DNA of 64,000 nt from an uncultured Ignavibacteria bacterium (GTDB lineage: Bacteria; Zixibacteria; MSB-5A5; CAIYYT01), in NCBI GenBank assembly GCA_964370935.1, contig CAYJKI010000002.1, forward strand, positions 522,545-586,544, given 5' to 3'. Below are positions 10,401-17,733 of the stretch, in pieces. Position numbers and translations under genes: made by a program. A model generated the notes under the pieces. The model saw only the letters and a program-made list of their open reading frames with translations, did not search any database and was not told the origin of the DNA. Positions within the stretch are counted from its first letter, which is position 1. Each line of letters begins with the position of its first letter.

Positions 10401-11217
10401 TGACACTCTTAAGAAACCCGACGCCGCGGATTGTGTATTCGACATTGTTGATTTCAATTGTCCCGGCGCCGACATCAATGTTGGATTTGCGGACAGCTTC
10501 GAAAACGTCCTCGAGCATCACATCGAAGGCGCGTAATGCGCTTGGGTTGACATCAACTTGGTATTCTTTGACGAACCCGCCGATGGACGCAACCTCGGCG
10601 ACGCCTTCAGCAGATTGCAGCGTATAACGCACGGTCCAATCCTGAATCGATCGAAGCTCGTGCAAATCCCAACCACCGGTTGCATTACCCGAAGGATCGC
10701 GCCCTTCAAGCGTATACCAGAAGACCTGCCCCAGCGCGGTCGCATCCGGACCGAGAGCGGGTTTGACGCCGGGAGGGAGAACTTCCGGCGGAAGCGCATT
10801 CAGCTTCTCGAGGATTCGTGTCCGCGACCAGTAGAACTCGACGTCATCGGTGAAGATTATGTAGATCGTGGAGAACCCGAGGTAGGAGTAGCTGCGAATC
10901 GTCTTAACGCCGGGAAGCCCTAACAGCGCCGAGGTCAGTGGATAGGTAATCTGATTCTCGATATCCTGCGCCGAGCGGCCGTCCCATTCGGTAAAAACGA
11001 TCTGCTGATTTTCGCCGATATCGGGTATCGCGTCGACGCCGACCGGGTCGCGCGGAAGAAAGTCAATATCCCAATCGAACGGCGCCACCATCGTGCCCCA
11101 CACGAGCACAGCCAGAGTCATCAGCAGGACGACCAGTTTGTTGTCGAGGCAAAAAGCGATGATGCGGTCGATCAACGACATCTTGGACGGATCGGGGATT
11201 TGATAACGATCGCTCAT
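7429..11217 (-). CDS. cusA: CusA/CzcA-family heavy-metal efflux RND permease, unusually long at 1262 aa
   Basis: HME-RND architecture: twelve TM segments with large periplasmic loops. It directly follows a CusB-like adaptor and a TolC-like gene on the same strand. Confidence 0.9.
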   Translation of the reverse strand: MSDRYQIPDPSKMSLIDRIIAFCLDNKLVVLLMTLAVLVWGTMVAPFDWDIDFLPRDPVGVDAIPDIGENQQIVFTEWDGRSAQDIENQITYPLTSALLGLPGVKTIRSYSYLGFSTIYIIFTDDVEFYWSRTRILEKLNALPPEVLPPGVKPALGPDATALGQVFWYTLEGRDPSGNATGGWDLHELRSIQDWTVRYTLQSAEGVAEVASIGGFVKEYQVDVNPSALRAFDVMLEDVFEAVRKSNIDVGAGTIEINNVEYTIRGVGFLKSVTDLENSVIKQTNNLPVRLKDVATVTLGPAMRRGALDKGGAEVVGGVVVARFGQNPLATIKNVKLKIAELSAGLPQKTLNDGTISKVTIVPFYDRTGLIYETLGTLNSAIVDEIIVTIIVVLVMVMHLRSSLLISGLLPVAVLGSFIGMKMFGVDANVMALAGIAIAIGDIVDMGIVICENILRHFDKAPPGTSRRDIIFTATSEVGSAVLTTIATTVVSFLPVFTMIAAEGKMFKPLAYTKTFALVASVIVALTIVPALAHLMFSNPDGKKRSSRLIPIGLGIAGVTLIAVWSLWLAGLMLMAIAAYMIAKPMLSDSLQRNMPRYINYALALFVASILTKHWMPLGVGRGELLNFIFVVIVIGGILALFQMFIRVYQPVLRWCLNNRLLFLSMPVGLVSIGFVVWLGFDSIFGFLPNFIRSSSPYVALNHAFPGTGKEFMPDLDEGSFLYMPTTMPHASIDEALSILQLQDKAFESIPEIESVVGKLGRVESSLDPAPTSMIETVISYKSEYISGEDGNRLKFRFDDDSNAFVRDESGKLIPDEGGKPFRQWRDQIRSTNDIWKEIVEAGKVVGVTSAPKLQPIAARIVMLQSGMRAPMGVKIKGPNLETVDAVGLEVERLLKEVGSVEPATVVADRIVGNPYLEIEIDREAIARFGLSIRDVQDVIEVALGGMPITTTVEGRERYPVRVRYQRELRSSIEDIARVLVPTSDGKQIPLIELAQINYVRGPMMIRSEDTFLTGYVIFDKKPGRAEVDVVEEADHLLKDKIASGELIIPAGVSYSFAGSYENQIRSEKTLRIVIPLALFIIFMLIYFQFRDVPVTMLVFTGIFVAWSGGFLMMWFYGQDWFMNFSLFGENVRELYNIKMYNLSVAVWVGFLALFGVATDDGVLISTYIKQVFTEKKPTTAVEIREAIIQAGSIRIRPALMTVATTLLALIPVLTSSGKGSDVMIPMAIPSFGGMTIALITVLTVPVMHSLVAEYRLKRGREL

Positions 11218-11220
11218 CGA

Positions 11221-13071
11221 TTAATTCACTGCCTTGAGCGTTTGTTTGGTCTCGCCGCAGCGCAGCATCATCGCGCCATAAAACGAGTTGTAAACCGTGT
11301 CGACAGTCTGCAACCAATAGGCGCCCTTGTTGTCGCGCGCCATCGGGCAAAATGTCAGGTAGTAGTTCATGTCGCTGCCGTGCCCGAAGGCACTCTGAAG
11401 CTCGATGACTGCCTTGGAGAGATAGAAGAAGGCATCGCGTGCGCCTTCAATATCTTCGGCATTCGCCGCCTTCTCCGAAAACTCCTGCATCTGCTGTGAC
11501 AAGTCCATCCAGCGATTATGAGCGGCACCGGAGAAAAGGGACATATCGATGTTAGAAATTGTCTTGGCAAGCTGTGCTGATGATTGTTTGGCAGCGCTGA
11601 TATCGTCCGCCGCCAACGCCATCTGGAACTTGAAATAGTCGTTATAGAGCGGAGCCAGAGCATTGCGAGCGGACTCGGAAACCGTGAGTGCGTCATTCAT
11701 TGCTGCAGGCTCTTTTGCTCCTGAACTGTGATCATGCGATGCTGGTGCGGCCCCGCCTTCGGGTGACATCATGCTTGGCTTCGCCTGAATCTGCAGTTCG
11801 CTGTCGAGTTTGAATGCGCCATTAGTAACCACCATGTCTCCCTCGGTCAATCCTTCGAGCACGACGTAGTGATCGTTGATACGAGAACCGAGTGTGACTT
11901 CCCGGCCTTCAAACAGCGGGCCAACTTCGCTGGGAAGCTGCAAATAAACCACAGCCCGCTTACCGGTAAATAGTACCGCGGATGCCGGCACAAGGAGCGA
12001 ATTGTCGGTTACGTCAGTGCGAGTGCTGATTGCTGATTTTGTCGTTGCCGTTACGAACATGTCGGGTTTCAATCTTCCACCGCCGTTGTCGACGACCGTG
12101 CGCACTTGCACTGTACGAGACATCGGGTCGATTGTCGGGCTGACAAAACTCACCTTCGCCGAAAACTCTTCGCCCGGGACCGACTGTGTGACAAAGTTGA
12201 TTTCGTCACCAGTTTTGAGAAGCGCCAGATCCGATTCGTAGGCTTCGAAGACAGCCCACAATCTTGAGAGGTCAGCGATTCGGAACAAGTCCATTCCGGG
12301 TTCGACATACTGGCCTTCGACGACCATTTTTTCAATGACAGTCCCGCCACCGGGTGCCATAACTGAGATGTGTTCAGTGACATCAGCCTGTGACTCAACG
12401 TTTGCGATTTGCTCATCACTGAAACCAAAAAGCCGCAGCTTCTCTGTTGCGGCTCGAACAGTTGCCTCGGAAGTACTTTTGAGGATCTCGCTGTTTGATT
12501 CAGCCACACTCTTAAGGGAAGCCTTGGCTGCGATAAGTTCCTTCTGCGCGGACAGTAGTTCCGGCGAATAGAGTTCAAGCATTTTTTCACCGCGCCTGAC
12601 AAGCTGACCGGTGGTGTTGATGTACAGCCGATCGATGCGTCCGCCGACGCGAGCAGTTATTCGAAATAGTTTCGTTTCATCGGCGGCCAGTTTGCCGTAG
12701 AGTCTTAGCTCGTTTTGTGCTGTACCGCGTGTGACCGGCGAAGTCGCGATTTGTGCAAGTTGTCTGGAGGACTCGGACATCCGCAGTTGACGCGGACCGA
12801 GGTCTTCCCCGCCGTCAGTAGTAAGTGGAATCAGGTCCATGAAGCAGATCGGACACTTGCCTTCTTTCGGAAGTTTGATCTGCGGATGCATTGAGCAGGT
12901 CCAGACTTGTGGTTCTTTCGACGTTTCCGCCGCGGTGCCAATCTCTGGTGCAGCCGATTTTCCGCCGGAAAGGAGTGCTCCGAGAGCGAAGGCGACAATC
13001 GTCACGGCGGCGATCGCTATCCAGAACGCAGGTTGTCTCATCAGACCATTGCGATTGTTCAACTCACTCAT
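11221..13071 (-). CDS. cusB: CusB-like periplasmic adaptor (membrane fusion protein) with an N-terminal metal-binding motif and a C-terminal DUF3347-like helical domain
   Basis: N-terminal CSMHPQI...CPICFM (heavy-metal-binding domain of CusB-type adaptors). Biotinyl/lipoyl-like and beta-barrel MFP core. C-terminal ~150 aa matches the DUF3347 tail that CusB homologs carry in Bacteroidetes-like lineages. Confidence 0.85.
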   Translation of the reverse strand: MSELNNRNGLMRQPAFWIAIAAVTIVAFALGALLSGGKSAAPEIGTAAETSKEPQVWTCSMHPQIKLPKEGKCPICFMDLIPLTTDGGEDLGPRQLRMSESSRQLAQIATSPVTRGTAQNELRLYGKLAADETKLFRITARVGGRIDRLYINTTGQLVRRGEKMLELYSPELLSAQKELIAAKASLKSVAESNSEILKSTSEATVRAATEKLRLFGFSDEQIANVESQADVTEHISVMAPGGGTVIEKMVVEGQYVEPGMDLFRIADLSRLWAVFEAYESDLALLKTGDEINFVTQSVPGEEFSAKVSFVSPTIDPMSRTVQVRTVVDNGGGRLKPDMFVTATTKSAISTRTDVTDNSLLVPASAVLFTGKRAVVYLQLPSEVGPLFEGREVTLGSRINDHYVVLEGLTEGDMVVTNGAFKLDSELQIQAKPSMMSPEGGAAPASHDHSSGAKEPAAMNDALTVSESARNALAPLYNDYFKFQMALAADDISAAKQSSAQLAKTISNIDMSLFSGAAHNRWMDLSQQMQEFSEKAANAEDIEGARDAFFYLSKAVIELQSAFGHGSDMNYYLTFCPMARDNKGAYWLQTVDTVYNSFYGAMMLRCGETKQTLKAVN

Positions 13072-13113
13072 AACTCTCGGGCTCCTTGTGATTACTTAGT
13101 CATTGCGCGCTAT

Positions 13114-13137
13114 GGGCGGTATCCGAAAATACCGCCC
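13114..13137. other. Perfect 9-bp stem-loop (GGGCGGTAT-CCGAAA-ATACCGCCC) in the intergenic region between the YHS gene and cusB
   Basis: Read directly from the sequence. No adjacent T-tract on the minus (transcribed) strand, so this is more likely an intra-operon processing or stability hairpin than a terminator. Confidence 0.4.
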
Positions 13138-13155
13138 TTCGAGCGTTACTCTCGG

Positions 13156-13656
13156 TTATCCGTGGTTGTGACCCTCGTGGCCAGTTGGTTCCTTCTTCTC
13201 TTCTTTCGGAGCCGGCTTTTGTTCGTCGAGCTTCTTCAGGTATTTTTGTGCATCCTTGGGAAACATGCTCTTGCACTTATTGCAGCAGAAGTAGACGCGA
13301 CGACCTTCAAAATCACTGAAGACGCTCTTGTCTTCAAGTGTTTCACCCGAGACGGGGCAAATGGTCTGAATGTTTTGGAATAGTACACCTTCAGCAGCTG
13401 CTTTCCTGAAATACTTATCCGGTTCCGCTTTCAACTTGGCAATGCACATCGGACAGCAGTGGTAGACGCGCTGACCCTGGATGTCGGTATAGACAGTCGA
13501 ATCAATTTTGCCGCCCATGACCGGGCAGTGCGTTTGATTCTTCAGCTCCTTGGGGGCGTCTTTCTTGGAATCGCTCTTGGACTCTTGGCCCAATGCGGCC
13601 ATCGCGGCGACGACGGTCAGCGCGATGATTGCGAACATGATCTTGCGTAATGTCAT
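13156..13656 (-). CDS. Secreted tandem-YHS-domain metal-binding protein with a His-rich C-terminus (putative periplasmic Cu/Ag chaperone, functional analogue of CusF)
   Basis: Signal peptide. Two YHS-type motifs (CPVMGGKIDSTVYTDIQGQRVYHCCPMC and CPVSGETLEDKSVFSDFEGRRVYFCCNKCK). C-terminal GHEGHNHG. Confidence 0.7.
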   Translation of the reverse strand: MTLRKIMFAIIALTVVAAMAALGQESKSDSKKDAPKELKNQTHCPVMGGKIDSTVYTDIQGQRVYHCCPMCIAKLKAEPDKYFRKAAAEGVLFQNIQTICPVSGETLEDKSVFSDFEGRRVYFCCNKCKSMFPKDAQKYLKKLDEQKPAPKEEKKEPTGHEGHNHG

Positions 13657-13672
13657 TTTGTTCCTCCGTAGA

Positions 13673-14998
13673 TTATTTATTGGTTGTTGGATTACTTAAC
13701 ATCGTTCCAGTGATCATTTCCAATTGTGCGAGCCGGGAGGCGGCATTGGCTTTGGCGCGTTCCGCCGTTAGTTCGAAATCGAACAGTTGTCGCTGGGCGT
13801 CGAGCAACATCAGGAAATCAGTCTGTCCCGACTGGTAGGATGTAAACGAGACGTTGAGCGACTCTTTCGCTTTCGGGATAAGTCCATTGCGATAGAGTCG
13901 AAGTTTTCTCAAGGCATCTGCGTATTCGAAGTTCGCCATCGCAATCATTGAAGCGACGTCATTGCGCTCTTCCTGATACATATACTCGCTCATCCTGACT
14001 CGCGAACGGGCGGCATCGCGCATGGCACGGTTCTTGCCAAACCAAATTGGCAGGGAAACCTGGACAGTAAGCATATATTCGTTCATGGTCTCCTTCTCAA
14101 GGGTCATGTCATTAAGAAGCGTCGCGCGCTCGTATTCAACGCCAAGCATCAGTTCCGGAAAGGTCATCTTCTTAACCACAGAGACTTCCGCTCGCTGCGA
14201 TTCTATTTGTTTTGCTATTGACGCAAGATCGGGACTCGCGATTTCCGCAAGCGCCACGAGTGAGTCCGTAGAAAACTGCAATTCTGAAACCGCGAATTCA
14301 GCAGGTAGTGGAAGAGTGGTGCCAGGCGGCAGATTGAGCAACGCCAACATCCGTGCCCGCGCCGGGACAAGCATCTGCTCCATACTTCGTATCATCTCTT
14401 CCATTTGTCCCAACTCGATTTGTGCCTTGATTAGGTCGGGATGCATTGCCAGACCGGCTTGATAACGTGTTCGAATGACAATCTCGAACTGGCGCATTAA
14501 CTCGAAGTTCTCCTGGGTCAGTGCCAGTTGTCGTGCCGAGAAGTAGTAGTCATAAAAGGCGGACTTGACTTGGTAAATGGTGCGGAGTTGTTCAGCGAGA
14601 TAGGATTGGTAATTCGCGTCGGAATTCAAGGCTGCAGCGTTCTTCTTGGCGCCTAGAGTACCAAACCAGGGAAACGGCTGCATGATTCCGAATTTCTGGC
14701 GATCAGGTCCAACCGGATCGGAGAATTTTGTGTAACCATACGAGTAACTCAAAAGGGGATTATCGAGGGCACCAGCGGAGCCCTTCATCGCGGTTGACTC
14801 TTGCCACTTCTCGTAAGCAGATTTGAGTCCACTGCGATTACGAAGCGCAAGATCAATGTAGGTTTGCAACGTTGCATTGGAATCAATTGCGGGTATGTTC
14901 GAGCCGTTGGGCAACTCACCAACCACATTGGACTGCCCATTCAACAAGGTCGGTAATGCAACAAACACCAGCAGAATTGTGATCATTAGGTTCTTCAC
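13673..14998 (-). CDS. TolC-family outer-membrane efflux protein (CusC/CzcC-like)
   Basis: 441 aa with a signal peptide (MKNLMITILLVFVALPTLLNG). Duplicated OEP-type coiled-coil/beta-strand repeats. First gene of the efflux operon. The apparent start codon is GTG. Confidence 0.8.
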   Translation of the reverse strand: MKNLMITILLVFVALPTLLNGQSNVVGELPNGSNIPAIDSNATLQTYIDLALRNRSGLKSAYEKWQESTAMKGSAGALDNPLLSYSYGYTKFSDPVGPDRQKFGIMQPFPWFGTLGAKKNAAALNSDANYQSYLAEQLRTIYQVKSAFYDYYFSARQLALTQENFELMRQFEIVIRTRYQAGLAMHPDLIKAQIELGQMEEMIRSMEQMLVPARARMLALLNLPPGTTLPLPAEFAVSELQFSTDSLVALAEIASPDLASIAKQIESQRAEVSVVKKMTFPELMLGVEYERATLLNDMTLEKETMNEYMLTVQVSLPIWFGKNRAMRDAARSRVRMSEYMYQEERNDVASMIAMANFEYADALRKLRLYRNGLIPKAKESLNVSFTSYQSGQTDFLMLLDAQRQLFDFELTAERAKANAASRLAQLEMITGTMLSNPTTNK

Positions 14999-15088
14999 AT
15001 GCTGCTTTATATCAATTAGCGTGCCGTTGATCGTAACTTATTTTATGTCAGCATGTTACCAATTGAAAGCCGTGTTAGATTTGAATCA

Positions 15089-15130
15089 ATTTGGAGAATA
15101 TTCTACAACGATGTAGAATATTCTCCAAAT
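15089..15130. promoter_or_regulatory. Perfect 19-bp inverted repeat with a 4-nt spacer (ATTGGAGAATATTCTACA-ACGA-TGTAGAATATTCTCCAAT). It lies in the divergent intergenic region between the metal-efflux operon and the HK/sigma-54 regulator operon and is a candidate operator or upstream activator site.
   Basis: Read directly from the sequence. Each arm also contains the internal palindrome GAATATTC. The arms are AT-rich with no downstream T-tract, so it is unlikely to be a terminator. Confidence 0.55.
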
Positions 15131-15259
15131 GCCCACTTTGGAATTCGTACCATTTAGAAGGTCAAACGGGCGGTTGCTGTTGTGCAACTTGCTCTTAAGA
15201 GTCTTGTAGGGCGGGTCTTCTGAATACGGCATCGGGATTGCTATAGGAATCGATGAACT

Positions 15260-16333
15260 TTGGAAGGAAGCAAATTGATCAGTATTGATGACCGACGGTA
15301 CAAGATTGCCACGATTACCGCGATTACATTATTAACAACGGCCATTCACTATGGCTATGTGCTTGAGCCGATCTTTGGTGATGCTCACTGGATTCATGCT
15401 GTTCATAGTCGATTCTGCTACATCCCAATTGTAATTGCCGCCGCTTGGTTCGGATTGCGTGGCGGGTTGTGGACCGCGACAGCAATCACCATAACGGTTC
15501 TGCCGTACGTATTTGGTTCCCGATCGAGTGAACACAATTTCGCGGGAGAACTGGTTGAGATCGTGTTTTACTTTGCGCTCGCACTACTGATCGGCGCACT
15601 GGTAGACAGAGAGTGGCGGGCGCGCCGGCGTCAGCAGGAGATGCAACTTCAACTCGAGCGATCGCAGAAACTTTCATTAGTCGGACAGGTCGCGGCGGGT
15701 GTCGCACATGAACTGAAGAATCCGCTGGCTTCCATCAAAGGCGCAGTTGAAATCATCAGCGATGAAAATACCGCTGATATTGAGAGAAGCGAGTTCAAGG
15801 AGATTCTCATTCGCGAAATTAAAAGGATGGATGGTACGGTTACCGAGTTTCTGGAATTCGCCCGTCCGAAGCCGACGCGAATGGAGAGGATTGATCTTTC
15901 GCAACTGGTGCAATCAAGCTTGCGTCAGTTGGAAGCACAGGCGGCGAAGGAGTCGATTCGAATCTCGGAAGAGGTCGAAGCCGGCGAGTTGATCGAAGGG
16001 GACCGCGAGAAGCTCCATCAGTTAATTCTGAATATCGTTCTGAATGCAATCCAGGCTTCGAGAGCCGGCGGCACCATAGAAATCGGACTTCGCGGTCGCA
16101 CCAATGAGGTTGAATTGACGTTCCGCGACAGCGGCCAGGGCATAAGCTCTGGCGATCTCGACCGGATTTTTGAGCCCTTTTATACGACGAGAGCCTCGGG
16201 AAGCGGACTGGGGCTGGCAATCGTAAAATCGATCATCGACGCGCACGGCGGTACCATTGACATTCAGAGTGAAGTCAATGCCGGCACGACGGTCACTGTC
16301 AGGCTGCCGCGCCAAGGCGGGATTCGGACATAA
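15260..16333 (+). CDS. Membrane-anchored sensor histidine kinase (HisKA + HATPase_c) with a His/Cys-rich four-TM N-terminal domain
   Basis: H-box VAAGVAHELKNPLASI. The N, G1 and G2 boxes are present (DSGQGI, GSGLGLAIV). N-terminal ~110 aa are hydrophobic and contain HYGY, DAHWIHAVHSRFCY. Confidence 0.85.
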   Translation: MEGSKLISIDDRRYKIATITAITLLTTAIHYGYVLEPIFGDAHWIHAVHSRFCYIPIVIAAAWFGLRGGLWTATAITITVLPYVFGSRSSEHNFAGELVEIVFYFALALLIGALVDREWRARRRQQEMQLQLERSQKLSLVGQVAAGVAHELKNPLASIKGAVEIISDENTADIERSEFKEILIREIKRMDGTVTEFLEFARPKPTRMERIDLSQLVQSSLRQLEAQAAKESIRISEEVEAGELIEGDREKLHQLILNIVLNAIQASRAGGTIEIGLRGRTNEVELTFRDSGQGISSGDLDRIFEPFYTTRASGSGLGLAIVKSIIDAHGGTIDIQSEVNAGTTVTVRLPRQGGIRT

Positions 16334-17667
16334 TGCGAGTTCTTCTTGCCGACGATGACGCCGCCTTGCGCCGTGTTCTGGAGTTCAAACTGAAGAAGAG
16401 CGGATTTGATGTTATGGCGGTTGCCGACGGCGAGGAAGCGCTCGCACAGTTAAAGGTCGGTGCCTTTGATCTGTTACTTGCGGATATTCGCATGCCACGG
16501 TTGACCGGAATCGAGCTTCTCGAGAAGGTGCGGAAACTGGAACCTTCACTCAAAGTGATTCTGATGACAGCTTATGCGACTGTACCGCAGGCGGTCGAAG
16601 CCGTCAAAATGGGCGCGTTTGACTACTTGACCAAGCCATTTGAAGACGAGCAGCTATTGATGACGATTGATCAAGCCCTGAAGTTCAAGCGGCTCGAGGA
16701 TGAGAACCAACGACTCAAGACGGAGCTAAACCTGCGTTCGGGGCTGAATGAGATCATCGGTGACTCGGAGCCCGTGCGGGAATTGAAGGAAATTATAACG
16801 CAAGTCGCGCCGACTGATGCCACAGTCTTGATTAGCGGAGAATCCGGGAGCGGCAAGGAACTTGTGGCGCGGGCGATCCACGCCTTGAGTCCGCGATCAA
16901 GCGCCCAGATGGTGGCAGTCAATTGTGCAGCATTGCCGCATGATTTGCTGGAGTCGGAGTTGTTCGGCCATGTCAAAGGCGCGTTTACCGGTGCCGCGAA
17001 GGATAAACGGGGGAAGTTTGAGATTGCCGGCGGCGGGACTTTGATGCTCGATGAAATCAGCGAGTTGGCGCTCGATCTACAGGCAAAACTTCTGCGGGCA
17101 ATTCAAGAGCGAATTATATCACCCGTTGGGAGCGAATCAGGTCGCGAAGTTGACGTGCGTATTGTCGCAGCTACGAATGTGAACCTGAAGAAGCGAGTGA
17201 GCGAAGGAAAATTCCGTGAAGACCTATTCTATCGATTGAACGTCATTCCGATTCATGTGCCCAGTCTCCGCAAGCGATCTTCCGATATTCCGCTTTTGGT
17301 GAGCCATTTCTTGAGTCGCCTTGCACCCCGGTCTGATGTCGGTTTGGATGCAGAATTGATGTCGATCTTGGCTAAACATCGATGGCCCGGCAATGTTCGT
17401 GAGTTGGAAAACTTGATCGAGCGCATGGTTGTCCTGCGCCGCGGTGACACCTTGACGAAGGCGGATTTGCCACATGACTTCTCTGCCGAAACGGAAAAGT
17501 CAGATATTCAGCAGGCGGTTACATTCCACGAGGCGGAGAAGAGCTTGATTCTGAATGCGCTGGAACGAAGCAATGGTAATCGCACTAAGGCTGCGGAATT
17601 GCTGGCAATTCCGCGACATGTTCTATTGTACCGCCTGAAAAAATATGGAATTGTCGCCGAGGATTGA
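16333..17667 (+). CDS. Sigma-54-dependent response regulator (NtrC/ZraR family: REC + AAA+ sigma-54 activation domain + Fis-type HTH)
   Basis: REC domain (DDD...K). Walker A GESGSGKE. GAFTGA motif (ESELFGHVKGAFTGA). C-terminal HTH. Its start overlaps the kinase stop (TAATG). Confidence 0.9.
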   Translation: MRVLLADDDAALRRVLEFKLKKSGFDVMAVADGEEALAQLKVGAFDLLLADIRMPRLTGIELLEKVRKLEPSLKVILMTAYATVPQAVEAVKMGAFDYLTKPFEDEQLLMTIDQALKFKRLEDENQRLKTELNLRSGLNEIIGDSEPVRELKEIITQVAPTDATVLISGESGSGKELVARAIHALSPRSSAQMVAVNCAALPHDLLESELFGHVKGAFTGAAKDKRGKFEIAGGGTLMLDEISELALDLQAKLLRAIQERIISPVGSESGREVDVRIVAATNVNLKKRVSEGKFREDLFYRLNVIPIHVPSLRKRSSDIPLLVSHFLSRLAPRSDVGLDAELMSILAKHRWPGNVRELENLIERMVVLRRGDTLTKADLPHDFSAETEKSDIQQAVTFHEAEKSLILNALERSNGNRTKAAELLAIPRHVLLYRLKKYGIVAED

Positions 17668-17733
17668 ATCGGCAATCGACGCCTGTAAGAATCGCATTGC
17701 CTCAAGGCCACAAACCTGTAATCTTGGATCACT

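Noticed and set aside
15012-15025. Possible sigma-54 -24/-12 element (GGCACG-N4-TTGA, minus strand) upstream of the efflux operon
   Set aside because: The -12 element lacks the conserved GC, and the site is only ~12 nt from the annotated GTG start. It is recorded inside the inverted-repeat finding as a weak candidate only.
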